From assembly GCF_009914755.1 (NCBI RefSeq), contig NC_060926.1: a stretch of DNA of 64,000 nucleotides; one strand, 5' to 3'. Below, one piece after another: positions 1 through 12,761 of this stretch (the first letter of the stretch is position 1; each line of letters opens with the position of its first letter). A model generated the notes under the pieces. It ran no database searches, had not been told where the DNA came from, and was given only the letters and a program-made list of their open reading frames with translations. The DNA is from the human T2T-CHM13v2.0 reference genome, Homo sapiens. The translations under genes and the position numbers were made by a program.

Positions 1-133
1 CATACTATTAGTTGGATGGTCACAAAAGCCTGACCAGATTCAGTTGGAAGGGACACAGACTTCATCTCTTGAAGTGGGTATACTAAGATGTTGGAAGAGC
101 ACATGGAATGTAAAGAAAAGACAATCTGCCACA
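1..133 (-). mobile_element. MLT1-type MaLR LTR fragment
   Basis: ccagattcag...ggacacagacttcatctctt...aatctgccaca terminus resembles MLT1. Confidence 0.55.
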
Positions 134-214
134 CTTTTTAAAATTTAATTAAATGATTTTAGTTTTATTTGTTTAAAGCCACAAAATCTTTTTTTAGCAT
201 TGCTTTTCAAAATT

Positions 215-1100
215 TTACTAAAATTTTTTAATTGAAGCATAATCGACATCGACTATACTTAATCTATGTATAGTCCAATTTGATAAGCTTTGACATATGT
301 ATGTATCTGTAAAATGAATACCGCAATCAAGATAATGAGCAAATCTATTACCCCTAAAAGTTTAAAATTTAATTATATATTTTTTGATATTTAAAAATTT
401 ATATGGTTCAGAAGTCAACACTATATAAAAAGGTATCCATCGAGAGGTTTCATTCCCTTTTCTATCCCTATAGATAACATTTTCATTGTTTTTTGATTTA
501 TACTTTGGGTTTATGTTTTAAATTCCAGAAACACACACACACACACACACACACACATTCCTATTGCCAATTCTTTCTTACAAAAAACAGATATTATATA
601 TATTATATGATAGATGTTACATCTTGGTAATTGCTATATAACCTTTTATCAAGGTCTTCCTCATTCTCTTTTTATGGCTGTATAGTACTCCATTGTAGGC
701 ATGTACCAGAGTTTATTTCATTTTTCTTTTATAGGTAGTCATTTGTTGTCAAGCTTTTGAATTTGTGCCAATATGATAAGTAAAAAGTAATACCTCAGTG
801 TAGTTTTAATTTTAATAACTTTATAGTATATATCTTTTTTTGAAGGGTCTCTTCATCACTTTTGCTGATTTTTTCTATTGGGTTATCTAAATTTTAATAA
901 TTTATATTAATTTTAACAATTCTTTATACACAAGAGAAATTCATCTCCTATCTGTGGTATCTATTGAAAATATTTATCTCCTATCTGTGGTATCTATTGA
1001 AAATATTTTCTGCCCATTTTCCCCTTGTCTTTTGTCTTTGCTTTTTGTGTTTTCTGCCTGACAAAATCTTTTTTCTGTAATGTCATCAATTATACTCACG
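215..1100 (-). mobile_element. Old L1M 3' fragments
   Basis: T-rich degenerate L1 3'UTR/ORF2 motifs, e.g. tttttatggctgtatagtactccattg. Confidence 0.6.
531..557. repeat. (AC)n microsatellite
   Basis: Direct reading. Confidence 0.95.
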
Positions 1101-1324
1101 CTTTCTTATTATAAAGAGAAACAAATAATTTTAACTGTATATAAATTAGATAACATGACCACATAGGGGAAAAAAAACTGAGTTAAGTAATTTTTGAACC
1201 AAGTACTTTGGTTATACATCCTTAGTAGGATATATTGTTGTTAGTGGTGTTAATGTGTTAATTTGGAGATATATATTTTGTATACAGTATATCATAAGAC
1301 AGAGCAAATGAATTACTATATTTA

Positions 1325-1859
1325 TGTGATTGGGAGAAGGCAGAGACCTGTCATACACATCCTCAGCCTCACTAATAATTCAGCAACAGCTGTGTGAGTG
1401 GTTGCGGGCAAGCTTCAAACCAGTTCAAATTGACATCTCATTTCAAGTGTGCACCACTGGTCTCTCACTTCCTGCCCCAGAACTTCTTTGCTGTGGGATG
1501 CCTGTGGGAACCCATATGATATTCCCACATTGTGATTCAAGGGAGCAGGTGAGTTAACGCCTCCTAAGTAACTCTCAACCAACTGGGGTAGGAGCTGAGA
1601 GAAATGCTTCTCTCTTTTGTCTCTTAGACAGACAACTCTAAGAACATTTTATACACTACTTAAAGGTGCTGGGAGATCAAGCAACAAGGCCCTGTTGAGG
1701 TGACCACTTCAATAATAGAATTGTTTGGGGTTTCCCTCCTTCCCTGTTTCACTCTCCCTGGTTCCTCATCCTTGCTTCCTGGGATCAGTTCTCAAATAAA
1801 TCACCTACACACCACCCTTTGTTTCAGGCTGTGTTTTGGGAGGACCTCAGGATAGAACA
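1325..1859 (+). mobile_element. ERVL solo LTR (LTR16-like)
   Basis: AATAAA near 1795 followed by LTR16-like end caggctgtgttttgggaggacctcaggatagaaca. Confidence 0.6.
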
Positions 1860-2703
1860 TTGCCCATGGAAGGGCTGAATCACTGAACTTATACTGGGAG
1901 CTACTGATCTTCCATTTTTTTAACCATATGAGACAAATAAACTTCAATTTTTTTGCTGTTACTTGCAGCTGAAAGCATTCCTAACTAACATAGGCAAATT
2001 ACAGGGAATGGTAGGAGCTGAAGCTGGAAGTATGGAAAAGGACCAAATAGCAAAGGGCTCCATATGGCAAGCTGAAGTGTTTGTACTTTATTCTCTGGAA
2101 TGAATCCAACACTTCTTGCCTGGCTGGCTGGTTGGATAGTTTGAACATCCGCTACTACAGAGGGAGGTGCAGCTGGTGAGATAGGGGAACACATTAGTTT
2201 GGATTGAGATGTGTTACATTTGCAATGCCACTAAACACTGGCAGATATAAAGCTGGTGAGGCACAAGGCAAAAGCTTCAAATAAAGCACATTAATTTTTT
2301 CCTGAAGTTACTCACTTTTGTCTTTTTGCCAAACCTAATTCAGATTTTTTGTTCCTGTCATGTTCTCTCCTACCTAGACTCCTTTTTGTAGTGGTGAAAC
2401 ACTACTTTATTATTAATCACTACCTATGAATAATCCACTTTTTAAATTGCTGTATGTTGCTTATAAAAAGCCATATGAATTACCACTACAGTTTAGTTTC
2501 CAAATTCTGAGAGATGTAATCAACATTTGAATAGAACGCAAATCCATTTGAATTGGATTTTAATCAATTGCTGACTCAATTCAGGATATTACTGAATTCT
2601 CATTGGCTGAATTTAAATATGGTCCAACTGGCAAAAACATTCATGAAAAATATGCATTCACAAGAGTTTAAATTTTGGTAACCACTCTTAGAGTACTGTC
2701 GAA

Positions 2704-2704
<1 letters not shown>

Positions 2705-2742
<38 letters not shown>
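2705..2742. repeat. (CA)n microsatellite
   Basis: Direct reading. Confidence 0.95.
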
Positions 2743-2747
<5 letters not shown>

Positions 2748-3162
2748 ATGTTCTGCAGTGGGCAGGTCTACGCAAACCTACCCCCAAGGTCTGAGGAAAC
2801 TGAGAAGTCAAAGAAAAAGGCTGACAAATCCACCTTCTCAGAAAGAAATATTTCATAGGGACTTGCACACAGAAGCCATGTTTATATCTTGGGCAATGGC
2901 TGGACAAGATGGTGGATCTCTACGCCATTACTCCCTAGACCCAGGGCTTATATACCATAGGGAAAGGGTATACATGATTCAGAAGGGATATGTAAAACAA
3001 TTATTTAAAGGCAGGACTTATGGTAAGCATAATAACATCAAGGTTGTGTGACCTAAGGGCAGGATTTAAACTGGAAATCTTAGAGGTTTTCCCAGAATTG
3101 GGGTTAATCAGAAGTCAACACGGACACTTAGCACTCAAGGTAGAGTTGCTTTGGCATCCACA
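2748..3162 (-). mobile_element. ERV1 (MER4-group-like) solo LTR
   Basis: tg...gggcaggtctacgcaaacctacccccaagg...gagttgctttggcatccaca; TG..CA ends. Subfamily not determined. Confidence 0.6.
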
Positions 3163-3637
3163 AAACATATGTGCTGCACACACTCATACACACAAACACA
3201 CACCCCACAGCACATATTTTAATTTGCTCCACGTAAAGTGTATAAAAATATTCAATTCCATTGGATTTGTAAGTAAATGACCACAAACACATTCTTCCTC
3301 CAAATGGCTGAAAATAATTTATCCTTCATGATTTAAGCAAACTTATCTTACAGGAGTGAGAATATGTTTCCAATTTGCCCTCTGCTCTTAGAGTGTTTAT
3401 CGTGATTCAGAGCAAGTTTGGCCAGTTTTTTAAGACCCTTGACAGCACCTAACTCACCATTGTAGAGTCACCCCTACCAGGAGAACAATTGTAGGGAACT
3501 GGACCTCAGGAGAGATTCATGGACTGGGGACATAGATGCGGGGGTCACTACTGAGAGCTGGAATTGGCTACATGTAGAGAGATGAGAAAAAGGACCCAAG
3601 TCAGAACTATGAGAGGAGACCTTAAAACTAAAGGAGC

Positions 3638-4756
3638 TAGAAGAAAACCTAAGCAATTCCATTCAGGACATAGGCGCCAGCAAAGATTTCATGATGAGAA
3701 CATCAAAAGCAATTACAACAGAAGCAAAAAAGGACAAATGGAATCTAATTAAACTAAAGAGCTTCTGCACAGCCAAAGAAACTATCATCAGAGTGAACAG
3801 GCAACCTACAGAGTAGGAGAAAATTTTTGCTATCTATCCATCTGACAAAGGTCTAATATCCAAAATCCACAAGGAACTTAAACAAATTTATGGAAAAAAA
3901 AACCAGCCCCATGAACAGACACTTGTCAAAAGAAGACATTCATGTGACCAACAAACATATGAAAAGAAGCTCAACATCACTGATCATTAGAGAAATGCAA
4001 ACCAAAACCACAATGAGATACCATCTCAGGCCAGTCAGAATGATGATATTAAAAAGTCAAGAAACAGCAGGTGCTGGCGAGGCTGCAGAGAAATAGAAAT
4101 GCTTTTACACTGTTGGCGGGAATGTGAATTAGTTCAACCATTGTGGAAGACAGTGTAGTGATTTCTGAAAGACCTAGAACCAGAAACCCCATTGGACCCA
4201 GCAATCCCATTACTGCATATATACCCAAAGGAATGTAAATCATTCTATTATAAAGATACATGCATGCATATGTTCATTGCAGCACTATTCACAATAGCGA
4301 AGACATGGAATCAACCCAAATGCCCATCAATGATAGACTGGATAAAGAAAATATGTTATATACACACATGGAATATTATGCAGCCATAAAAAGGAATGAG
4401 ATCATCTCATTTGCAGGGACATGGATGGAGCTGCAAGCCATTATCCTCAGAAAACTAGCACAGGAACAGAAAACCAAACACCACATGTTCTCACTTATAA
4501 CTGGGAGTTCAACAATGAGAACACATGGCCACAGGGAGGAGACAACACACACTGGGGCCTGGCAGGGGAGCCGTGGGGGGAGGAAGAGCATGAGGATAAA
4601 TAGCTAATGCATGTGGAGCTTAATACTTAGGTTGATAGGCTCAGCAAACTACCATGGCACACGTTTACCTGTGTAACAAAACTGCATGTCCTGCACATGT
4701 ATCCCGAAACTTAAAATTAAATTTAAGTTAAAAATAAAAATAATAAATAAATAAAT
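3638..4756 (+). mobile_element. 5'-truncated older L1PA (about PA10-13) inserted in an L2
   Basis: Broken ORF2 C-terminal frames, 3'UTR and (TAAA)n tail. TSD aaaact[a/g]aaggagc at 3624-3637 and 4757-4770. Confidence 0.88.
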
Positions 4757-4770
4757 AAAACTGAAGGAGC

Positions 4771-5400
4771 CTGCAGAGAAATGCACTAATGAGACTCAGA
4801 AATAGTGTCAGAGATTGGAAGAGAATCAGGAGAGAATGTCACCAAAACCAAGGAAATAATTGACTTCTGGGGAGGAAGAGGCAAATCATGCCTCAGAAAA
4901 GACAAGTGGCCATTACATTTTGCATTTGGCAATGCGGTTGCAGTGGAGCCCGTGGTGGAATGGAAATTCAATGTCAGAGGGTCAAGGAATAAAGAGCAAG
5001 AAAGGAAGTTGAGACAGTACTGACCACTGTCTCAAAAATATTGTCTGTAAAAGGAAGCAGAGAGGAAATGGTAACTAGATTCAATAATAGAGTGGTCACA
5101 AGACATTTTTAAGATGGGAGAAACCAACATTTAAAGGTGAAAGGAAATGAGTCATTAGAGGAAAAAGGGAGAGTTTGAAAATATAGTGAAACAGGACAAT
5201 TTCTCAATCGGTAGCCTAGAAAAAATGAGGAAGGGTGGGATCCTGCCAAAATGAGGCATTAGCTGTGGCTGGGGGGAGGGACACCTTTCCTCTAAGACCA
5301 AAAGGAAAGAGTGGAGGGTGGGTATGAATCTAAAGCCATTTAGAGGAAGGATAGTGGCAAATTCAGTAGGTCCACTCCTGATGGCCTCTGTTTTCTCTAC
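4771..5400. mobile_element. L2 remnant
   Basis: Purine-rich L2-like motifs (gagaatcaggagagaatgtc; tttggcaatg). Confidence 0.5.
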
Positions 5401-6521
5401 GACATAGGAGGCAGGTCACTGCCAGACTCACGCTGCCACTTAGCTTCACTCCTGCCCAAGGGAGTGAGCTCATCTCTTCCTGAAAAGCCCCACCTGCTCA
5501 CAGAAATGAAGGGAGCAAAGGTGAACGTGGGCTCTGCACCAGGCCCTGACTCTGTTCTCAAGATGGCTAGCTCAGGAGAAGATACGGAGACAAAAGTTAG
5601 TGAAAACCCCAGGCAGGGGTAGTGCAGATAAAGATTTTGAGAGAAGGGGAGCAAATAAAGAAAGAAGAAATCCCACCTCCAGGGGCTGTGGGTAGGGTTA
5701 ATAATATTTGGAAAGACTTCTGACAGGCACCTCAAAGGAACAGAAAAATTTTGCTGTGCACAGATGAACAGAAGGTGGAAATGGGCAGTGAAGGTCAAAA
5801 GGTATTCAATCCAGTGGAATTACGATAAACAGTGCATACTGAAGTGGTTCTGATTGCAGTAAGTTCCCTAAGCATAAGATTCTAAGACTGAAAGCACATT
5901 AGTGTAATTGTAAGCCTTCGGAGTTAGGCTGTCTGGGGTCAGTTTTTAGCTCCATCACTTACTAGCCAGTATAGCCAGTTATAGATGGAATTAGTAATGG
6001 TACCCTTCAACCTCACAGGAATCTTGTTATGACTGTATTAGATAATGCATTAAAGCAGTGCTTAGCAATAGTAATTTCTCAGTGAGTTTTTTTTTTTATC
6101 ATTCACTGTAGATGGGCATTGTATGTTAGGCTTCAGAATCTGTACCTAATATACTTAGGTAATGAGAATCTTTAAAGGTTTTTAGGTTTAAGAAATACAT
6201 ATAGAGGGCTATGTCCTAAGAGGACTTTCCTGGCAGGGGTGTGCAAAATATGTTGGAGTGGGGCGAGAATAGGAGTGGTAGGTGAGTTAAATTGTCCTTT
6301 CAATAGACTAAGCAAGAGTTGGTGAGACTTTTGCTTTTTGCCTACTGTTTATGCACAACTCATATTTATATTGAGTTTTCTTTGTTCATAAATTTTGATT
6401 TATAAAGTTGAAATTAAGTGAGATACATGTTCACACTAGTCAAAACCATCCTAGAAGAGTGAAAAACAAACCAGAATGACTATCAATGTGAACACAGAGG
6501 GAGGCTCCAATCAAGCAAAAT

Positions 6522-6760
6522 TGAAAGAAAGAGGGAGGGAGAAAGAAGCAAGAGGGAGGGAGGGAAGAAGGAGGGAAGGAAGGAAGGAAGGAAGAAAGGG
6601 AAGGAGGAGGAGAGGGAGGGAGGAAGGAAGGAAGGAAGGAGGAAAGGAAGGAAGGGGAAAGAAGGGAGGAAGGAAGGGAAGGAGGAAGGGAAGGAGGAGG
6701 GGAGGAAGGAAGGAAGGAAGGAAAGAAGGAAGGAAGGAAGGAAAGAAGGAAGGAAGGAAG
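6522..6760. repeat. GA-rich (GGAA/GGAG) polypurine tract
   Basis: ~240 bp almost purely G/A on the + strand. Confidence 0.95.
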
Positions 6761-7059
6761 ACCACTTTTCCTAAGTCACTAGGTTTTCTGCTGCCAGCCC
6801 CTCCCACCTGAATTGAGGAGATCTGGTCATAATTCATAAAAAGCAAGAGGCATGCACCTCCATAGCGAATGCAGATTTAAGGAAATCCTGTCTCCACTTT
6901 CACTTTGAAAAGCTCTGATTGGAAATAAAATGAGGATTTCCAACAATAAGACGGCACTAAAAGACTGCCTTATTTGTAACAGAGCATTTTATTGACTCTT
7001 CCTCTTTGCAAAGGGAAGAGCAAATAAAAGGAAAAAGGAAAAAAAGGAGAAAGGAAAGA

Positions 7060-7405
7060 CAGTTACCATTTTGAAAGTAGCTTTCATGTACTTACCTTAC
7101 CCAACTTAATCTTCTCAACAACTCTGTAAAGAAAAGAAAAATTTATCCCATAATTTTCCAATGAAAAGCCAGAGACTAGAACAACTGGCTAACACTGAGC
7201 ACTGAATGTATGTAGAGCACTATTCCATTTGCTTTTCTGATAGTTCATGTAATCCTCACAATAGTCCTAAGGAGCAGTACTATTGCCCTGTCCATTTTCC
7301 ATATGAGATAACTAAGGTAGAAGATGTTAAGTAACTTGCTCAAGGTTTCAAGTTTAAGTTATGGAGCTAGAATTTGAGCCTCAGCAGTTTGGCTTTAGAG
7401 CCTAG
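7060..7405. mobile_element. MIR elements
   Basis: MIR core: ccattttccatatgagataactaagg...ttaagtaacttgctcaagg. Confidence 0.65.
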
Positions 7406-7439
7406 ACTTTTATCCTCTCCATTAAAGGGAGTCAGACGC

Positions 7440-8925
7440 TGAAGTCAATTTGAAGAAGCTCCCACTGGCAAAATCAGAAACAATTGAGCATCAAAGCAAT
7501 TGCGTCAAAGTAAATAATAGCAAAGGATTATAACCCATGGAATAAAATCGGGGTCCATGAGGCCATACAAATCAGAGAGAAAGACAGAAACAGAAGCGAG
7601 AGAGAGAGAGAGAAATAAGGAAAAGCTCTTCATTACATTAGAAAGACAACTAAATATAAAAGGAATGATGGGAAAGAAAAATCACCTTTTGGTAACTACC
7701 ACAGCAATAATCATTTTAGGCAAAAATCATAAACAGAAGCTCAAAGTAGTGGGTAAAAGTTTGAGGAGTAGGAGGGTGTTTACATAGTCTCAAAGAATGC
7801 GACCGTGATACTTCTTAATTACAAAAAGAAAAATAGTACCTTTACAATGGAGAAACCTGACAATTAGCACCTTAATTAAATGATAAAAATTAACATCAGC
7901 AGTATGGGACATAAGAATATTGCATGTCTCCTGATTTGATTCACTGGAAAGAACACAATACCATTTCTGTTAGATTCCTGCCAAGAAATCATAACCTGAA
8001 TCTCATCATGAGGAAACTTCAGACAAACCCAGACTGAGGGACATTCTATAAAATAACTTGTCTGTACAAATATCAATGTCATGAAAGACTGAGGAACTGT
8101 GTTATAGTTTAAATGTGTCCCCCAAAGTTCATGTGTTGAAAACGTAATCCCCAGTGCAACCATGTTGGGAGGGGGGACCTTTAAGAGGTGATTGGGTCTG
8201 CCCTCATGAATGGATTACTGTTGCTATTGTGAGAGTAGGTTTGTTATAAAAACAAATTCAGCCCCTTCTGGCTCTGCCTCCCTTCTCTTTCTCTCATATG
8301 TACATGTATTCTCTTGCCCTTCTACCTTCTGCCATGGGGTGACCAGCAAGAAGGCCCTCACCAGATTCAGCACCCTTGATCTCAGACTTCCCACCCTCCA
8401 GAACCATGAGTCAAATAGATTTCTTTCATTAATAAATTACCCAGTCTCTGGTATTCTGATATAGCAGCAAAAAGCAAAGTAAGACAGACTGTTTCTGATT
8501 AAAATAGACTAAAGAGACATGACAGTGACTGTGCATACTCCAGAATTTTCTTTTGCAATAAAGGACATTACTAGGACAAATAATATAATCTAAATATAAT
8601 CTAAACAAGGTTAATAGATGAAATAACAGCCTTATATCAATATTAATGTCCTGACTTTGATAATTACACTGAGGTTACATAAGAGAATGTCCTTGTTTTT
8701 AGGAAACACTCTGAAGTATTTAGGTGTAAAGGGGTATCATGATTGTAACCAATTCTCAATCTATTCAGAAAAAATAATCCATGTACATAGGATGGGGGGT
8801 GAGGGAAGCAAATGTGGTAAGACTGTTAACATTTGGGAAATCTGGATAAAAGGCATATGGGAAGTTTTTTGTATTATTCTTGTAACTTTTCTATAAATCT
8901 GAAATTAAGTCAAATTTAAAAAGGA
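7440..8925 (+). mobile_element. L1MC/ME 3' UTR interrupted by an MST LTR
   Basis: gaaacttcagacaaacccagactgagggacattcta and ttcttgtaacttttctataaatctgaaatt motifs. Confidence 0.7.
8100..8486 (+). mobile_element. MST-type MaLR solo LTR
   Basis: tgttatagtttaaatgtgtcccccaaag...taagaca; 5-bp TSD aactg/gactg. Confidence 0.85.
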
Positions 8926-8974
8926 GAAAGAAAGTAAAAAAGATATCAAAGCCGGGATCCAAATTCAGACTCAC

Positions 8975-10365
8975 TATGACTAAGGACTCCTTCTGTGGCA
9001 AGTGACAGAAAATCCAATTCAAATTGGTTCAAGTAAAATAAATAAACATAAATCTTACTGGTTTATGTAGTGATGTGGCTGACAAATCCCAAGGTAGGGA
9101 TAGCCTCAGGCACAGCTGTGTCAAAACTCAAACAATGTCATCAGGACTTGATTTCTTTCCCTCTTTCACCCCAGCCTTCTGCTGTGTTTGCTTGATTCTC
9201 AGCCCATACCCGGTAGCCCGTTGCAGTTCCAGGCTCATATCTTCTGGATATGCAGTTGGAAAGAAAGAAGCCTCTCTCACCAGCACCAGCAAATCTTACT
9301 GTATCTCTTTGGCTCTGATCAGGTCACATGCCCAGTTCCAGAAACAACTGCAGTGGTCATTTCCTCTGAGTTGGTCAAGCTGAATTGTCAGCTCATCCCT
9401 GGAGCCGAGGTTGGAGTCAACATTATTCAAAGTATCTGTACTGACAGTGGGAGTGGATTGGCTCCCCCAAGGAAATTAGGTACCCTTACCAGAGGAAAAG
9501 AACAAGGATTCTGTGAGCACAAACACTAGACCCCTACAGATACTATACTTTCTACAGCTGTGTAACAAGCCCCTCCAAAACTTAGTGGCTTAAAACAACA
9601 GCAATCATGTATTTGTTTACAGTGGTGTGATTTGGGCAAGGCTCAGCAGGGACACATTCTGCATGCTTTCAATTAGGAGGCTTGATTGGGACTGGAGGAT
9701 CCATTTCCAAGATAGTTCCTTCACATGAATGGTAAGCTGGAGCTAGATGTCAGCTGGAGCCATGATTCTCCTCCATGTGGGCCTCCCCATGTCATTGCTT
9801 GAGCTTCCTCACAACATGGTGTCTGGATTCCAAGTGAAAAAAACAGAAGCTGTTTGTCATCTGAAGAGTTAGTATATTAGTCTGTTCTCATGCTGCTTAT
9901 GAAGAAATACCTGAGATGGTGTAATTTATAAAGAAGAGAGGTTTAACTGACTCACAGTTTCACATGGCTGGGAAGTCCTCAGGAAACTTACAATCATGGC
10001 AGAAGGCACCTCTTCACAGGGTAGCAGAATGAAAACCAAGCGAAGGGGGAAGCCCTCTACAAAACCATCAGATCTCGTGAAAACTTACTCCCTATCATGA
10101 GAATAGCCTGGCGGAAACCACCTCCATGATTCAATTACCTCCCACAGGGTCCCTCCCATGACACATGGGGATTATGGGAACTACAATTCCAGATGAGATT
10201 TGGGTAGGGACACAGCCAAACAGTATCAGTTAGCATTTCAACTCCCATATCCTATTGATTAAAGCATTCATAAGCCCAGCACAGATTCAAAGGGGTAGAG
10301 ACATAGAATTCACCTCTCCTTGGGCAGAGTGACAAAGAATTTGCAGCTGTCTTTAATCCATCACC
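8975..10365 (-). mobile_element. Old MLT1 LTR pieces (two elements), the second split by THE1
   Basis: gtggcaagtgacagaaaatccaattcaaattgg; caaaacttagtggcttaaaacaac; agcacagattcaaagggg. Confidence 0.65.
9873..10228 (-). mobile_element. THE1 solo LTR
   Basis: tattagtctgttctcatgctgc...gggacacagccaaacagtatca; perfect 5-bp TSD gttag (9868-9872, 10229-10233). Confidence 0.9.
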
Positions 10366-10537
10366 AAAGATATCCTGTCTTTGGTGCATATTTCATAATC
10401 CCACAACTGCCAGAGTGAAAACTAGAGATGTAGTATCTTGAAGTTTTGCTGTCACAACTGCATGTCCTGCATTCCCACTAAACTCTGGGGAGTCTCTGCT
10501 AAGCATGTAAGAACAGCCTTATCCTCTGGTCACTAAA

Positions 10538-11135
10538 GCAGAAGATGCAACTCAAATGCCTGCAGAGGTCAGGCAGGTAACCTATGTAAGTGAAGTGGGC
10601 AGGGGCACTGGACTTTTGAATATGTAAGAATATTCTTTCATACCTCCCCTTCCCCCACCCACAAACACATTGCACATTCTCTCATTTCTGGAAACATACA
10701 GCCGTATTTGTCTTTCTTGTTTTTCCACTTTCAAGAAAGATTCGGTACAGATATGCTTTTCTTTACCCTGAGGAAAAAAGACAGGTGCAAGCATACTGAA
10801 AAATGGTGTTTGACGTGAGGAATTGATACAGAGTTGATGCCTTCTATGGGGACAGCTGGTACTCAGTTCTTGTCAAGCACAACCAAATGAAATTTAGGCC
10901 CTTTATGACCCAAATTCTGTTTTTTAAAATTTTATTTTAGGTTTGGCGGTACATGTGTAGGTTTGTTACACAGGTAAACATGTATGACCCAAATTTTCTA
11001 TTTTCCAAGAGAAGCTGAAAATTTGGAGTTTTATGTTAAATCCTCCTATTTTAAAATGTTGGCTTATCCTTTTAAAAACACCGAGGCCAAACCAAATACC
11101 CCTGAGGCAAGTTCAGCCAGTAGACCACAGTTTGT
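10538..11135. mobile_element. hAT-Charlie-like non-autonomous DNA transposon
   Basis: Termini cag..caactcaaatgcctgcag and ttcagccagtagaccacagtttg; a related 5' piece occurs at ~19380-19430. Confidence 0.45.
10917..10982 (-). mobile_element. ~65-bp extreme 3' end of an L1PA
   Basis: ggtacatgtgtaggtttgttacacaggtaaacatg flanked by TSD tatgacccaaatt (10904-10916, 10983-10995). Confidence 0.8.
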
Positions 11136-11647
11136 GAGTAAAGATATTAAACAGAATTTAGCATTTGTTGTCAACTATTTACATACTTAAGAAACTCATA
11201 AAGTCATTTTAATTTTCTAAGCTAATGCTTTTGAGCAAGATTGAATAAGCCATTAAATATGAAACAGTATGGATTATTTTATATTTTAAAGTTATTTTCA
11301 GCATCACTTACAGTAGATTGAAGGCCTTAACACAACATTATAAACACAATAAAATGGTTGTGTTACGGTGCTAAATTTTGGAGTAATTTTTTACACAGCA
11401 GTAGGTAACTGGACCACTACCTTAATGTAGTTTCTTGCGAAAGTCAAACTTCTCATGCCTACGAAAATTTTTATCTGCCGTTAGCACTGTTTTCACTTAA
11501 TTTTCTTTCTTATTGAGATTGTTAGGAAGTTTATGGATTAATTTTTAAAGAACAAAATGTCTGAAATTTAGAGAGCTCTTTTTTTTTGCCCTGATTTCTT
11601 AGTTGTGATAGTGAAAACATTACCACACCTATAAGAAATCCGCATAA

Positions 11648-12102
11648 CATTTTCTCACTCATTTGTGGGATCTAAAAATAAAAACAATTGAACTCATGGA
11701 TATAGAGAGTAGAAGGATGGTTCCCAGAGGCCGGGAAGGGAAGTGGTGGGGAGGCAGGGTGGGAGGATTGCAGTGGTGGTGCGGATAGTTAATAGGGACA
11801 AAAAAATAGTTAGAAAGAATAAATAAGACCTAGCATTTGATAACACAACAGGGTGACTACAGTTAATAATAATTTAACTGTACATTTTAAAATAACTAAG
11901 AGTATCATTGGATTGTTTGCAACACAAAGGATAAATGCTTGAAGGGATGGACACCCCATCTTCCATGATGTGATTATTACGCATTGCATGCCTGTAGCAA
12001 AACATCTCATGTGCCCCATGAATATATACACCCACTATGCACCCACAAAAATTACAAGAAAAACTTAAAAAAAAAATCAAAAGTACCTTGAAAAAGAAAA
12101 AA
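11648..12102 (+). mobile_element. L1MA 3' end
   Basis: ttctcactcatttgtgggatc...gcacccacaaaaatt; TSD aagaaatc[c/a]gcataa (11633-11647, 12103-12117). Confidence 0.85.
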
Positions 12103-12504
12103 AAGAAATCAGCATAAGAATTACCAAAAATGTTTACTCTCTTGTCTCTTTGTGGCAAATATCATGAATTTCCAAACAACATACTTCATGGAGGCTAAGC
12201 AGACTTTCAAGATAAAGAGGTAAGGAACCCTCTTCTAGAAGGATTTGGAGATTGCTAATCAAAAGTTCTCAAAATAATAGGATAGCCAATTATCTCATTA
12301 GTAAGATTATGAACTAAAGATGCAATTTAAAAATAAAATAAATCAATTCTCCCAGTTAGGCATCATATGCATAGAAGAAAGAAGTTTCATGTCTACCTTG
12401 AGGCCAAGATAAAGGAGCTCAAGTTTTCACATATGATGTGAATTATTCTCTACAGCTGAGTTCACAGGAGCCAGTCTTTCAGTGAGAATGCCAAGCCGCC
12501 GCAT

Positions 12505-12761
12505 TCCTTTAAGAAGGAATGTTTTATTTTGATCAGGTTAAAATAATTGTTGTGATAGCAGGACAAGATTTTCTTTTAAAGGAGTATCCTTTAAAAATTA
12601 GAGTATTTATCACCTTTCTTAGGAATATGAGGATCTGCTTATAAATGGGAAAAGGCCTGGGTCTGGTGATTTTTGACCTTGACTCTGCCGGGGAACACAA
12701 CCGAAGAAGGTACAGGGACCCCAGGAATCTCAGGCACTTCCCAGCCCTTAGCAATGGGGAC
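12505..12761 (-). other. Candidate terminal exon with AATAAA
   Basis: Acceptor ccatttcctacag|G at 12761; AATAAA at 12528-12523. Confidence 0.3.

Noticed and set aside
6476-6846. Arg/Gly/Lys-rich and Leu/Pro/Phe-rich 111-aa ORFs
   Set aside because: Translation of the GA microsatellite.
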